A DNA stretch of 64,000 bases, from NCBI GenBank assembly GCA_947627815.1, contig CANQXN010000002.1, positions 280 to 64,279 on the forward strand. The letters are read 5' to 3'. The notes below the pieces were generated by a model. It was given only the letters and a program-made list of their open reading frames with translations. It was not told where the DNA came from and searched no databases. Shown here piece after piece: positions 28,576 to 39,160 of the stretch (position 1 is the first letter of the stretch; each line of letters begins with the position of its first letter). The DNA is from an uncultured Clostridia bacterium (lineage in GTDB: Bacteria > Bacillota > Clostridia > Oscillospirales > CAG-272). The position numbers and the translations under genes were made by a program.

Positions 28576-31500
28576 ATGGAAGATAATATTTTCGATTCGA
28601 TAAAGATCGGTCTGGCATCTCCTGATATGATCAGAAGTTGGTCGAGCGGCGAAGTCAAAAAGCCTGAGACCATCAATTACCGCACATTGAAACCCGAGCG
28701 GGACGGTTTGTTCTGCGAGCGCATTTTTGGCCCTATGAAGGACTGGGAATGCTCCTGCGGACGGTACAAACGGATCCGCTATAAAGGCAAACGCTGCGAA
28801 AAGTGCGGTGTGGAAGTTACCACAAAAAAAGTGCGCCGCGAACGGATGGGACATATCGAACTGGCCTCGCCTGTTTCTCACATTTGGTATTTTCGCGCGA
28901 TTCCTTCCCGCATGGGACTTCTTTTGGATATTTCTCCCCGTAATCTGGAAAAGGTGCTCTACTATGCACAGTATATTGTGATTGATCCCGGAGATACGCC
29001 GCTTACCAAATATCAGCTTCTCACAGAAACCGAGTATCGCGATTTTCAGGAACGGTATGAAGACGATTTTCGCGTCGGTATGGGGGCAGAGGCTATTAAG
29101 GAGCTGCTGGCAGAGATCGATGTGACGGAACTTTCGGAAAAATTGAAAGAAGAGCTTGCCACTGCCGGCGGTCAGAAAAAAGCCAGAATTATCAAACGGC
29201 TGGAAGTGGTAGAAGCATTCCGCAAAAGCGGCAATAAGCCAGAATGGATGATCATGGATGTCATCCCGATTATTCCGCCGGATATTCGTCCTATGGTTCA
29301 ATTGGACGGCGGCCGTTTTGCCACCTCCGATCTGAATGACCTCTATCGTCGCGTCATCAACCGCAATAACCGCCTTAAAAAGCTAATGGAACTCTCCGCG
29401 CCGCAGATCATCATACGCAACGAACGCCGTATGCTCCAGGAAGCGGTGGACGCGCTGATTGATAACGGCCGCCGTGGCAAGCCGGTGACAGGGCCTTCGA
29501 ATCGTCCTCTCAAATCTCTTTCCGAGATGTTGCGCGGTAAACAGGGGCGTTTCCGTCAGAATCTTTTGGGTAAACGCGTAGACTATTCCGGTCGTTCCGT
29601 TATCGTGGTGGGACCGGAGCTGAAGATTTATCAGTGCGGTCTGCCCCGGGAAATGGCGTTGGAATTGTTTAAGCCTTTTGTGATGAAGCGTTTGGTGGAA
29701 ACACAGAAAGCAACCAACATCAAAGACGCGAAGAAAAAAGTAGAAAAGGTGTCGGACGATGTCTGGGACGCTTTGGAAAATGTAATTCAGGAGCATCCTG
29801 TGCTTTTGAACCGCGCCCCGACTTTGCACCGCCTGTCGATTCAGGCGTTTGAACCGATTCTTGTGGAAGGACGCGCTATCAAACTGCATCCCTTGGTTTG
29901 TACCGCGTTCAATGCGGACTTTGACGGCGACCAGATGCCGGTGCATGTTCCCTTGACGCCCGAAGCGCAGGCGGAATCCCGCTTCCTGATGCTCTCGGCC
30001 AATAACTTGCTGAAACCCGCCGACGGTAAGGCTGTGGCTGTGCCGTCGCAGGATATGGTTCTTGGTTCTTATTGGCTGACGATCGACCGCGCCGGCGAAA
30101 TCGGCGAGGGCAATTGTTATACCGGCTTTGACGAAGCGTTGATGGCGCATGAGAACGGTTTTCTCGGTCTGCACGCTCCGATCAAGGTGCGTGTACACGG
30201 TATTGTGGACGGTGTAGAACGCTCTCGTATTATCGATACCACCCTTGGCCGTATGATCTTCAACAATGCCGTTCCCCAGGATCTCGGCTATGTGGATCGT
30301 TCCAATCCCGACAATTATCTGTTGCCTGAAATTGATTTTGTTTGCGGTAAGAGCGAACTTTCCAAGATCGTTGATAAGACAATCAAACAGTTTGGCGCTG
30401 TCAAAACGGCGCAAGTGCTTGATAATATCAAGGCCATGGGCTTTAAATACTCTACGCTGGCTTCCATTTCCATCTCCATTTCCGATGTCATGATCCCTGA
30501 AAACAAACCGACTTTGATCAAGCAGGCGGAAAGTGCCGTGGAAGTGATTCACAATCATTTCCTGGATGGCGAACTCACGGAAGAAGAGCGTTATAACGCG
30601 GTCATCAAGATTTGGGAGGAAACGACCAAACAGATAGAAAGCGCGTTGGATATTTCCTTTGACAGATACAATCCGATTAAGATGATGGCCGACTCCAAAG
30701 CTCGTGGTTCTAAAAGCCAGATGCGTCAGCTTGCGGGTATGCGTGGCTTGATGTTTTCCGCGACCGGCCGCACGATGGAATTGCCGATCAAGGCAAACTT
30801 CCGCGAGGGCTTGAATATCCTTGAATATTTCATTGCCGCCCGCGGTTCCCGTAAGACTTTGTCCGATACGGCACTGAGAACGGCCGACTCCGGTTATCTG
30901 ACCAGGCGTCTTGTCGATGTTTCACAAGATGTTATTATTCGGGAAGAAGACTGCGGTACGCAAGAAGGGTTGGTTGTTCGCGAGATCACTGACGGCAACG
31001 GCGTGATCGAAAAATTCGAGGATCGTTTGTTGGGTCGGTACACGCTGGAGGAAGTCAAACATCCTGTGACCGGCGAAGTGCTGGTTGGCAAAGATGTACT
31101 GATGACTGCGGCCGATGTGAAAAAAATCACGGCGGCCGGCATTCAGGAACTGCCGATTCGCACCATTCTCAAATGCAAATGCCGCTATGGTGTTTGCTCG
31201 CACTGCTATGGCTCCGACCTTGCGACAGGCAAGAAGGTCAATGTGGGTGAAGCGGTCGGTATTGTAGCGGCTCAGTCGATTGGCGAACCCGGTACGCAGC
31301 TTACCATGAGAACCTTCCACTCAGGCGGTATTGCCGGTTCGGATATCACGCAAGGTCTTCCCCGTGTTGAAGAGCTGTTTGAGGCACGCAAACCCAAAAA
31401 GACTGCTACGGTGACAGAAATTTCCGGAACGGTTTCCATTCAGGACGCTAAACGCGCTCGGAATGTGATAGTTACCGATCATGCCAGCGGCGATTCTGAG

Positions 31501-32133
31501 ACATATGCGATTCCTTATGGTACTCGTGTAACGGTCAAAGACGGAGATTTTGTCGTACGCGGCGATGCGCTTACCGAAGGCAATATGAGCCTGACCGATA
31601 TTACCAAGATCAAAGGCTTGGACGAGGTTTACAGTTATATCATCAAGGAAATTCAGCGCGTCTACCGGTTGCAGTCTGTTGAAATCAATGATAAGCATAT
31701 TGAAGTCATTGCCCGCCAGATGACCCGCAAGGTCAAGGTGGAAGATGGCGGCGACACCGACCTGCTTTCCGGCTCTTTGGTCGATAAGATCGAGTTTGAG
31801 CAGAAGAACGAGGAAATCCATCAGCGGATTAGCGCCGGTGAAATCACCCTGCGCAAAGCGGTGTCGTCCCCCGTTCTGCTTGGTATTACCAAAGCCTCGC
31901 TCTCTACGGACTCCTTCCTGTCCGCCGCGTCTTTCCAGGAAACCACTAAAGTACTCACCGAAGCCGCCATTAGCGGCAAGGTCGATCACTTAATGGGGTT
32001 GAAGGAAAATGTGATCATCGGCAAGTTGATTCCTGCCGGCACCGGTATGCAGCGTTATCGCGATATCGAAGTCAATGTAAACGGCGAAATACCGCATCCC
32101 GTTGTTGCGGAAGAAACAAACGAAGAAGTTTAA
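28576..32133 (+). CDS. rpoC: DNA-directed RNA polymerase subunit beta'
   Basis: A zinc-binding CSCGRYK...CEKCG motif, the catalytic NADFDGDQM, and the trigger-loop region. Confidence 0.97.
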   Translation: MEDNIFDSIKIGLASPDMIRSWSSGEVKKPETINYRTLKPERDGLFCERIFGPMKDWECSCGRYKRIRYKGKRCEKCGVEVTTKKVRRERMGHIELASPVSHIWYFRAIPSRMGLLLDISPRNLEKVLYYAQYIVIDPGDTPLTKYQLLTETEYRDFQERYEDDFRVGMGAEAIKELLAEIDVTELSEKLKEELATAGGQKKARIIKRLEVVEAFRKSGNKPEWMIMDVIPIIPPDIRPMVQLDGGRFATSDLNDLYRRVINRNNRLKKLMELSAPQIIIRNERRMLQEAVDALIDNGRRGKPVTGPSNRPLKSLSEMLRGKQGRFRQNLLGKRVDYSGRSVIVVGPELKIYQCGLPREMALELFKPFVMKRLVETQKATNIKDAKKKVEKVSDDVWDALENVIQEHPVLLNRAPTLHRLSIQAFEPILVEGRAIKLHPLVCTAFNADFDGDQMPVHVPLTPEAQAESRFLMLSANNLLKPADGKAVAVPSQDMVLGSYWLTIDRAGEIGEGNCYTGFDEALMAHENGFLGLHAPIKVRVHGIVDGVERSRIIDTTLGRMIFNNAVPQDLGYVDRSNPDNYLLPEIDFVCGKSELSKIVDKTIKQFGAVKTAQVLDNIKAMGFKYSTLASISISISDVMIPENKPTLIKQAESAVEVIHNHFLDGELTEEERYNAVIKIWEETTKQIESALDISFDRYNPIKMMADSKARGSKSQMRQLAGMRGLMFSATGRTMELPIKANFREGLNILEYFIAARGSRKTLSDTALRTADSGYLTRRLVDVSQDVIIREEDCGTQEGLVVREITDGNGVIEKFEDRLLGRYTLEEVKHPVTGEVLVGKDVLMTAADVKKITAAGIQELPIRTILKCKCRYGVCSHCYGSDLATGKKVNVGEAVGIVAAQSIGEPGTQLTMRTFHSGGIAGSDITQGLPRVEELFEARKPKKTATVTEISGTVSIQDAKRARNVIVTDHASGDSETYAIPYGTRVTVKDGDFVVRGDALTEGNMSLTDITKIKGLDEVYSYIIKEIQRVYRLQSVEINDKHIEVIARQMTRKVKVEDGGDTDLLSGSLVDKIEFEQKNEEIHQRISAGEITLRKAVSSPVLLGITKASLSTDSFLSAASFQETTKVLTEAAISGKVDHLMGLKENVIIGKLIPAGTGMQRYRDIEVNVNGEIPHPVVAEETNEEV

Positions 32134-32141
32134 TTTCAAAT

Positions 32142-32181
32142 AAAAAAAGCCCTTTCTGACGCGTCAGAAAGGGCTTTTTTT
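32142..32181. terminator. Bidirectional intrinsic terminator between rpoC and the serpin gene
   Basis: AAAAAAA-GCCCTTTCTGACGCGTCAGAAAGGGC-TTTTTTT: a perfect 26-nt palindrome with A and T runs on either side. Confidence 0.85.
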
Positions 32182-32195
32182 GATCTTTAGAAAAA

Positions 32196-33467
32196 TCAGG
32201 AAGCGATGTCGGTTAGTGTACCGATGAAAATGGGAAGACCGGTGGCGTTATCCAGGATGAAATAGATAAATGGGCGGTCGAAAGAAAGGCGAAGCGTTTC
32301 CATGGCGCTTTCAGACATCATGACGCTTGTGACAGCGCCCGCTTTCGTCCCCAATTCATTCACGGCGATGAAGGTTTTATGGAGTACCTCATCGATATGG
32401 AGCGTATCAGCGTTACTGGAAATGCCGGAAAAATCCGCCAGATCGGAAAAAGCGGTTGGCATACCGAGATCACATAAAATGTTGTTCATGGAAAGAGAAA
32501 AGTCGTAACTGAATTTCGGCAGTGTAATAGACAGACCTTTGTTTTGAACATTGGCAAAAATTGCTTGAAGCGTTTCCGGGGTCAGAGTTTGGATCAAATC
32601 ATCGGGATCCATCCCTTCCTCGGGAAGAAGCGCGGCAAAACTGAAGGCGCCGCCTTTGTAATCCTTTATAAAGCCTACGCACTTTTCTCCTGCAAGATAT
32701 TTTGTTTCTTCAGAGGCCATCATGGTCGCCTTCTGCTCTTTTCCTGACAAAGAGTGAAAAACGCCTTCGTATATGTTTTCCTTGTGATATACATTCTCCC
32801 AAGTGGCATCGAATACAAGCGCGTTGATCAGGCACATGACATTTTCCGGTTGAATCTTATCTATGATTTCAGAGATCATACCGTCAGTATGTTGTACAAC
32901 CCAGTTGTTGATGTCTTCAGCTGTTCTTTCGTTAAAAGGAGCCTTGTAGGCAGAGGCGCCATAGTAGTCGGCGTTGGTCTGTAAAAAGGCACGGTTGACA
33001 GTCATTCGCTGAGCGTCATCTTGGAACCAGATGGAATTGGCGATTTTTACCGTGGCGTTCGGATTGGCTGTCAGGGAATGAACATAGCTGTAGAGATAGG
33101 CGTTGAGTTGTGTCAATGGAATCGTACCGCCAAGCAAAGCTTCCATTTCCTGCAAGGTGGCGCCGCTAGCGCCGTTGGCCGTCATAGCTAAAGCAAGCTG
33201 AATCGAGAGCGGTGAAATCAAAAGATTCTTTTCTTGATTTTCCCGGCTGCTCGCTTGAAAAAGTTTTAATGCCAATGCCAATTCCTGGACTGTAAAGGGA
33301 TCGTCCGCTTGTTTTCCGTCGACGACGCCGGCATCAATCCCTACCATCAGATCATCCGCGTAAATGGCGGTGCCGCAAGCGGTAAAATTGATGCCAATGG
33401 AAAGCGATAACAGAAAGGCAACGAAGCAAAGGCCGATCTTTTTGTGTGAGTGGCGGGAATGAGACAT
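32196..33467 (-). CDS. Serpin family protease inhibitor, predicted lipoprotein
   Basis: LLISPLSIQLALAMTANGASGATLQEM, an inhibitory-type hinge NELGTKAGAVTSV, and SFDRPFIYFI. The N-terminus LLSLSIGINFTAC-G resembles a lipobox. Confidence 0.85.
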   Translation of the reverse strand: MSHSRHSHKKIGLCFVAFLLSLSIGINFTACGTAIYADDLMVGIDAGVVDGKQADDPFTVQELALALKLFQASSRENQEKNLLISPLSIQLALAMTANGASGATLQEMEALLGGTIPLTQLNAYLYSYVHSLTANPNATVKIANSIWFQDDAQRMTVNRAFLQTNADYYGASAYKAPFNERTAEDINNWVVQHTDGMISEIIDKIQPENVMCLINALVFDATWENVYHKENIYEGVFHSLSGKEQKATMMASEETKYLAGEKCVGFIKDYKGGAFSFAALLPEEGMDPDDLIQTLTPETLQAIFANVQNKGLSITLPKFSYDFSLSMNNILCDLGMPTAFSDLADFSGISSNADTLHIDEVLHKTFIAVNELGTKAGAVTSVMMSESAMETLRLSFDRPFIYFILDNATGLPIFIGTLTDIAS

Positions 33468-33774
33468 GGGGATTCTCCTTTCATTCTTTTCATATCATTG
33501 TTCGCTTTTGCGGGAAAATGAACAGATTTTTGCTACCACTACCGCCGGCGCCGTATTCATGATTTGAGGTGCAATGACCGTTCATCCTTTATACAATCAA
33601 ATTTGCTTTTTTCCTTATAGTATGGAAGAGAAGAGTAAAATTTTTTGTTTTTGCCAACGCTGTTGTTTCTCTCGCACGCTGATAAAGAGGATGTTACAAA
33701 GCCATTCTTTTCGAAAAAGACCGGAATAACAACAACTTTTTGTGACAAAGGAGCCGTTTTTTCTGTTTTTTTTC

Positions 33775-33803
33775 TTGACAATCGGGAAAAGCCGTTGTAT
33801 AAT
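33775..33803 (+). promoter_or_regulatory. Consensus SigA-type promoter for the LRR/Sel1 gene
   Basis: TTGACA, a 17-nt spacer, then TATAAT. Both hexamers are perfect. Confidence 0.6.
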
Positions 33804-33912
33804 GGGCTTATAAGAGAAAAACCACACTATATTGTGGTACATATATTATGCATAACAATATAGAGTGCTTTTTGTCGAATAAAGCGGAACAAAAAGCAAA
33901 GGAGAACTTGTT

Positions 33913-35502
33913 ATGGCCATGAAGGATTTTTACATTGTGGATAATGTCCTGGTGAAATATGTAGGCGCCGATACCGATGTGGTGGTGCCGGGAGGGGTAA
34001 AAACCATTGGCCGTCAGGCATTTACCTGTCGGGATACATTGACTTCGGTGGTTCTGCCTGACGGCGTTGTGACCATTGGAGAGCAGGCGTTTGACTCCTG
34101 CTATAATTTAAAAACCGTCGTGATTCCCGCCAGCGTGACCAAAATCGAGAAAGGCGCCTTTGCCGCCTGCCGTTCGCTGACTTCTGTGAAGATTCCGGAA
34201 GGGGTTCCGGCAATTGCCACCCGCGCTTTTGTGGGATGCTTTTCCCTGAAGGAAATCGATATTCCCGCCAGCGTGACTTCTATCGGCGAATATGCTTTTA
34301 ACCGTTGCTATAATTTAGAAAAGATTATCATAGGTGATGCGGTTACAGAGATCGGGGAGGAAGCGTTTTCTTACTGTCGGTCGCTAAAGACTGTCGTTTT
34401 GGGGCGGGGTATTGCAAAAATCCAGTGGAACACCTTTGCCTGCTGTGAGTCTCTGACTACCGTTTATTTTTCTGTTGGCTTGCGCGAGATTGTTTATGCC
34501 GCGTTTGATGGCTGTCATGCGATTTCTTCCGTGAATTTTTCGGGGACCGAGACAGAGTGGCGCCGCGTGTTGGTGTCTCCCACGAAAAACACCTCGATTT
34601 TATCGGCAAAAATGTTTTATGATTCACTGCCGCCCAAAGTCCAGAAGGCAAAAACGCCGACGCTTTCTTTTGATTTGAACGAATCGGCCGATGTTTCAAT
34701 TGGCGTTGACGCTGATGCTGCGGCAAAAGAGGAACAGGCAACGGCGGAAGTCGAGGCCGAGGAAAATGCCTCTCAGGCTGTAAAAGTTGGAGAAACGGTC
34801 TCTTTGCTGAATATGCTGTCTACCGCGGAAGGGGAAGAAAAAGAAGCGCCTGCCACGGATGACAATGTTTCTTCCGTTGAGGCATCGCCCGTTACGCCGG
34901 TGGCGCCCGTCACCGCAGAGAGACAGGCGGCGGAATCTGATACAACGGTTTTAGAGGCACCTCAGGGGATAGAGAAAGACGCCAAAACGGAAGAAAAGAA
35001 AGCATCTACCCCGACGACACCATCTCGGCGTCGTCCCGCTCATACGGCACAAACGGTGGCTGACGAGGCTTTCAAACAGAAATTTTATGAGAATTTTATT
35101 GCCACGATGTCTTCCGAAACAGCCACAGAACAAGAGCGGCGTGCCGCTGCTATGACCGAGGAAGAGTTTGAAACACTCAGTGAAGCGCTTTTCTTGGTGC
35201 CGCCGGAGGATGCCTATGCATTTGGCTGTATGTGCCTTCTTATGAAGCGGTACAATTGGGCGTTTCGCGCCTTTTTATCTGCGGCAGGCAAGGGAAATCT
35301 TCCTTCTCAATTTTATGTGGGTTGCTGCTTCCTCTGGGGGATCGATACTTCCCGGAAAATCGTGGATGCCGCCCGCTGGCTGACAAAGTGCAAAGGCGAT
35401 CCTGTGTTTGGAGAAGATGCCTTGAAAGCTTTGGCCATTGTGGACGAAGAACTGGAAAAGCCGGAGAATGCCGGATTGAAAGTAAAGCGGGGAAATAAGT
35501 GA
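33913..35502 (+). CDS. BspA-type leucine-rich repeat (LRR_5) protein with a low-complexity linker and a C-terminal Sel1-like repeat; no signal peptide
   Basis: Repeats of the form VxIPxxVTxIGxxAFxxCxxL occur about 8 times. An E/A/T/P-rich linker follows, and the C-terminus reads AFRAFLSAAGKGNLPSQFYVGCCFLWGIDTSRKIVDAARWLTKC. Confidence 0.75.
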   Translation: MAMKDFYIVDNVLVKYVGADTDVVVPGGVKTIGRQAFTCRDTLTSVVLPDGVVTIGEQAFDSCYNLKTVVIPASVTKIEKGAFAACRSLTSVKIPEGVPAIATRAFVGCFSLKEIDIPASVTSIGEYAFNRCYNLEKIIIGDAVTEIGEEAFSYCRSLKTVVLGRGIAKIQWNTFACCESLTTVYFSVGLREIVYAAFDGCHAISSVNFSGTETEWRRVLVSPTKNTSILSAKMFYDSLPPKVQKAKTPTLSFDLNESADVSIGVDADAAAKEEQATAEVEAEENASQAVKVGETVSLLNMLSTAEGEEKEAPATDDNVSSVEASPVTPVAPVTAERQAAESDTTVLEAPQGIEKDAKTEEKKASTPTTPSRRRPAHTAQTVADEAFKQKFYENFIATMSSETATEQERRAAAMTEEEFETLSEALFLVPPEDAYAFGCMCLLMKRYNWAFRAFLSAAGKGNLPSQFYVGCCFLWGIDTSRKIVDAARWLTKCKGDPVFGEDALKALAIVDEELEKPENAGLKVKRGNK

Positions 35503-35533
35503 CGCGGCATGGTGGCGTCACAAAATAGCTTTT

Positions 35534-35572
35534 AACAGCGGGAACAACAATGAAGGGTTCCCGCTGTTTTGT
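35534..35572 (+). terminator. Intrinsic terminator after the LRR/Sel1 gene
   Basis: AACAGCGGGAAC - 11-nt loop - GTTCCCGCTGTT, followed by TTGTC. Confidence 0.6.
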
Positions 35573-35637
35573 CAGAAAAAGAACAAGCAAGATTGTCCGT
35601 ATGCCGACAAAGGCGCTCTGTTTTTTTTCTGAAACTC

Positions 35638-35666
35638 TTGAATTTTATCCCGAGATATATTATAAT
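35638..35666 (+). promoter_or_regulatory. Candidate promoter for yfcE (and possibly adhE)
   Basis: TTGAAT, a 17-nt spacer, then TATAAT. Confidence 0.5.
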
Positions 35667-35800
35667 AATTTTGATTCAATATATTTAAACTGTGTCTTGT
35701 GACTTTGCCTTCCGGTATTGACCGGCGCGGGCGGAACGGGATATGATAATAATGCGGGTCTAAATTTTTTCAAACGCCTGCTGAACGGGAGACATGAAGT

Positions 35801-36343
35801 ATGAAATGGATGATTGCTTCTGACCTTCATGGGAGCGCTTATTTCTGTCGGCGGCTTCTTTCTCGCTTTGAACAGGAGGGCGCTCACCGACTGCTTCTTT
35901 TGGGGGATCTCCTTTATCACGGTCCGAGAAACGCCTTGCCGCCGGACTATGAACCCAAGAAAACGGCGGAGCTACTGAACCAGGTCTTTGGCCAAATTCT
36001 TTGCGTAAGGGGCAATTGTGACAGCGAAGTGGATCAGATGATGTTGAAATTTCCCATTTTGGCTGAATATGCGGTTTTGGATATCGGCGATCGGATGATT
36101 TTTGCCACACACGGTCATCATTGGAACGAAAATGATCCGCCTCCGCTAGCCCCGGGTAGTATTCTTTTGAATGGCCATACGCATCTGCCGGCTTGCCGCG
36201 AGCATGATGGGTTTCTTTATCTGAATCCGGGGTCTGCGGCGATGCCCAAGGGTGACAGTACACCTGGCTACATGATTTTGGAAGGCCGACAGCTAATGCG
36301 CAAGGACTTGGAAGGCAATGTTCAGTTGACTTACCGGCTTTGA
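35801..36343 (+). CDS. yfcE: YfcE-type metallophosphoesterase (MJ0936 family phosphodiesterase)
   Basis: MIASDLHGS, LLLLGDLLYHGPRN, VRGNCD, ATHGH and LNGHTH. Confidence 0.8.
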   Translation: MKWMIASDLHGSAYFCRRLLSRFEQEGAHRLLLLGDLLYHGPRNALPPDYEPKKTAELLNQVFGQILCVRGNCDSEVDQMMLKFPILAEYAVLDIGDRMIFATHGHHWNENDPPPLAPGSILLNGHTHLPACREHDGFLYLNPGSAAMPKGDSTPGYMILEGRQLMRKDLEGNVQLTYRL

Positions 36344-36488
36344 TACCAAAAGAGAAAGAACGCGATGTCAACCGAAATGAGCGGCGAATATCGCCGGATA
36401 AATATACAGCCTGATTTTGTGATTTTGAAGCCGTCGATTCTTTATGATGAAACAAAACATTACTCTCAATTGATGAGGAGGATTTTTT

Positions 36489-39140
36489 ATGAACTCCCAA
36501 ACAAGATGTCTTGTAGACAGTGTTGAAGCGCTCAATGCGGCGCTTGTCCGTGTGAGAAATGCACAGAAACAATTTGCAACATATACCCAAGAACAGGTAG
36601 ACGCTATTTTCAAAGCCGCCGCTATTGCCGCCAATCAGGCGAGAATTTCTCTGGCAAAATTGGCGGTGGAAGAAACGGGCATGGGTGTTGTTGAGGATAA
36701 AGTGATTAAAAACAACTATGCCGCCGAGCATATTTATAACGCTTATAAAAACACCAAAACCTGCGGTGTGATTGAGGAAGATCCCTCTTACGGCATCAAG
36801 CGGATTGCCGAACCGATCGGCGTGATCGCGGCGGTGATTCCGACAACCAATCCCACATCGACCGCTATTTTCAAATGTCTTTTGGCATTGAAAACACGCA
36901 ACGCGATCATTATCAGCCCGCATCCGAGGGCAAAAAAATCCACCACGGCCGCGGCGGCTTTGATCCTTGCGGCGGCGGTCCGCGCCGGCGCGCCGGCGTC
37001 GATTATTGATTGGATTGATGTTCCGTCATTGGAAATGACCAATCTTTTGATGAAAGAGTCCGATATTATTCTTGCGACCGGCGGCCCCGGTATGGTCAAA
37101 GCGGCCTATTCTTCCGGCAAACCCGCCGTCGGCGTCGGCGCAGGAAATACGCCCGCCATTATTGATGATTCCGCCGATCTTCTGCTGGCGGTCAATTCCA
37201 TTATTCATTCCAAAACCTTTGATAACGGTATGATTTGCGCCTCGGAACAGTCGGTGATCGTACTTGACTCTGTGTATGAAGCGGTAAAAGCGGAGTTCGC
37301 CCGGCGAGGCTGTTATTTCCTTTCTCCCGAAGAAGCTGACAAAATACGCAAGACCATTTTGATCAATGGCGCGCTGAACGCCAAAATCGTTGGGCAAAAG
37401 GCGACATTCATTGCCGCTTTAGCGGGCGTCACGGTGCCGGAAGGAACCAAGATCCTTATCGGGGAAGTGGAGGATGTTTCTCTTTCTGAAGAATTTGCTC
37501 ATGAAAAGCTTTCCCCTGTACTTGCCATGTATCGAGCCGGAACAATCGAAGAGGCTTTTGACAAAGCGGAACGCTTGATTGCCGATGGCGGTTACGGACA
37601 CACCTCCTCGATCTATCTTGATGCTGTGCGGGAAAAAGATAAGTTAGATGCCTTTTCAAGAAGGATGAAAACCTGCCGGATTCTTGTCAATACGCCTTCT
37701 TCTCAGGGCGGGATCGGCGATCTTTATAACTTCCGCCTGCCGCCTTCTTTGACCCTGGGCTGCGGCTCTTGGGGCGGCAACAGCGTGTCGGAAAATGTGG
37801 GTGTCAAGCATTTGCTGAATATCAAAACCGTGGCTGAAAGGAGAGAAAATATGCTTTGGTTTCGGACGCCGGAAAAGGTTTATATCAAAAAAGGTTGCCT
37901 GCCGGTCGCTTTGGACGAACTGAAAACTGTCATGGGCAAAAAGCGCGCCTTTATTGTTACCGACAGTTTTTTGTATCACAACGGCTACGCACAGCCTGTT
38001 ATTTCCAAGCTTTCCGATATGGGATTGGAGCATACGGTGTTCTTTGATGTGGCGCCGGATCCTACGCTTGCTTGTGCAAAAGCCGGCGCGGCGCAGATGA
38101 CAGCCTTTGCGCCGGATTGCATCATCGCTTTGGGCGGCGGTTCAGCCATGGATGCCGCAAAAATCATGTGGGTGTTGTATGAACATCCCGATGCGGATTT
38201 CATGGACATGGCTATGCGTTTTATTGATATTCGCAAACGGGTATATACTTTCCCGAAGATGGGAGAAAAGGCATATTTTATCGCCATTCCTACCTCGTCC
38301 GGCACCGGTTCCGAGGTGACGCCTTTTGCCGTGATTACCGATGAGACCACAGGGATCAAGTATCCGCTGGCGGATTATGCGCTTCTCCCCAATATGGCGA
38401 TTATCGATACGGATTTCCACATGTCAGCCCCTAAAGGCTTGACAGCCGCTTCCGGCATCGATGCCGTGACGCACGCGCTGGAGGCGTATGCTTCCATTAT
38501 GGCGACCGATTATACCGACGGTCTGGCTCTCCGCTCTTTGAAAATGATTTTTGAATATCTCCCGCGCGCCTATGATAACGGGACAACAGATGTGGTGGCA
38601 CGCGAAAAAATGGCCAATGCCGCCACCATGGCCGGTATGGCGTTTGCCAATGCCTTTTTGGGCGTTTGCCATTCGATGGCGCATAAATTGGGCGCTTTCT
38701 ATCACCTGGCGCACGGTATCGCCAATGCGTTGATGATTGAAGAGGTTCTGCGATTCAATGCTTCAGAGGCGCCGCAAAAAATGGGTACTTTTTCTCAATA
38801 TGATCATCCGCACACATTGGCGCGCTATGCGGAAGTGGCTGATTATCTTGGCTTTGGCGGGAAAGATGATCGGGAAAAACTGGAGAATCTCATTGCCGGC
38901 ATCAATGCCTTAAAAGCCCGCGTTGGGATTAAGGAGAGTATCCAAGCCTACGGTGTGGATGAAAAAGATTTCCTTGCCCGTCTTGATGAAATGTCCGAGC
39001 AGGCGTTTGATGACCAATGTACAGGTGCCAATCCCAGATATCCGTTGATCAGCGAGATCAAACAGATGTATTTGAACGCCTATTACGGAAAAGAACATTT
39101 TACCGATCCTCCGATGCCGCAGGGCATTCAGACGGTCTAA
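36489..39140 (+). CDS. adhE: Bifunctional acetaldehyde-CoA / alcohol dehydrogenase
   Basis: 883 aa with an N-terminal ALDH domain (MICASEQS) and a C-terminal iron-ADH domain (GGGSAMDAAK, HSMAHKLG). Confidence 0.95.
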   Translation: MNSQTRCLVDSVEALNAALVRVRNAQKQFATYTQEQVDAIFKAAAIAANQARISLAKLAVEETGMGVVEDKVIKNNYAAEHIYNAYKNTKTCGVIEEDPSYGIKRIAEPIGVIAAVIPTTNPTSTAIFKCLLALKTRNAIIISPHPRAKKSTTAAAALILAAAVRAGAPASIIDWIDVPSLEMTNLLMKESDIILATGGPGMVKAAYSSGKPAVGVGAGNTPAIIDDSADLLLAVNSIIHSKTFDNGMICASEQSVIVLDSVYEAVKAEFARRGCYFLSPEEADKIRKTILINGALNAKIVGQKATFIAALAGVTVPEGTKILIGEVEDVSLSEEFAHEKLSPVLAMYRAGTIEEAFDKAERLIADGGYGHTSSIYLDAVREKDKLDAFSRRMKTCRILVNTPSSQGGIGDLYNFRLPPSLTLGCGSWGGNSVSENVGVKHLLNIKTVAERRENMLWFRTPEKVYIKKGCLPVALDELKTVMGKKRAFIVTDSFLYHNGYAQPVISKLSDMGLEHTVFFDVAPDPTLACAKAGAAQMTAFAPDCIIALGGGSAMDAAKIMWVLYEHPDADFMDMAMRFIDIRKRVYTFPKMGEKAYFIAIPTSSGTGSEVTPFAVITDETTGIKYPLADYALLPNMAIIDTDFHMSAPKGLTAASGIDAVTHALEAYASIMATDYTDGLALRSLKMIFEYLPRAYDNGTTDVVAREKMANAATMAGMAFANAFLGVCHSMAHKLGAFYHLAHGIANALMIEEVLRFNASEAPQKMGTFSQYDHPHTLARYAEVADYLGFGGKDDREKLENLIAGINALKARVGIKESIQAYGVDEKDFLARLDEMSEQAFDDQCTGANPRYPLISEIKQMYLNAYYGKEHFTDPPMPQGIQTV

Positions 39141-39160
39141 ACTGAAAAGGGGGCAATGTT

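Noticed and set aside
26858-28618. A 586-aa ORF antisense to the 3' part of rpoB. Similar long antisense ORFs occur at 29383-30558 (rpoC), 25004-25816 (rpoB), 18773-19600 (ileS), 35760-36923 (yfcE/adhE), 42741-43574 (LRR gene), 45874-46803 (ABC gene), 60113-61036 (groES/EL) and 8420-9247 (GH2).
   Set aside because: These are typical stop-poor antisense frames opposite strongly codon-biased genes. Their sequences are rich in H/R/F/I/G runs, have no ribosome binding sites, promoters or family motifs, and each lies entirely inside a well-supported gene.
36344-36488. A possible Rex operator upstream of adhE (TTGTGATTTTGAAGCC).
   Set aside because: Only the first half-site resembles TTGTGAA-N4-TTCACAA. 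The second half does not match, so no call is made.
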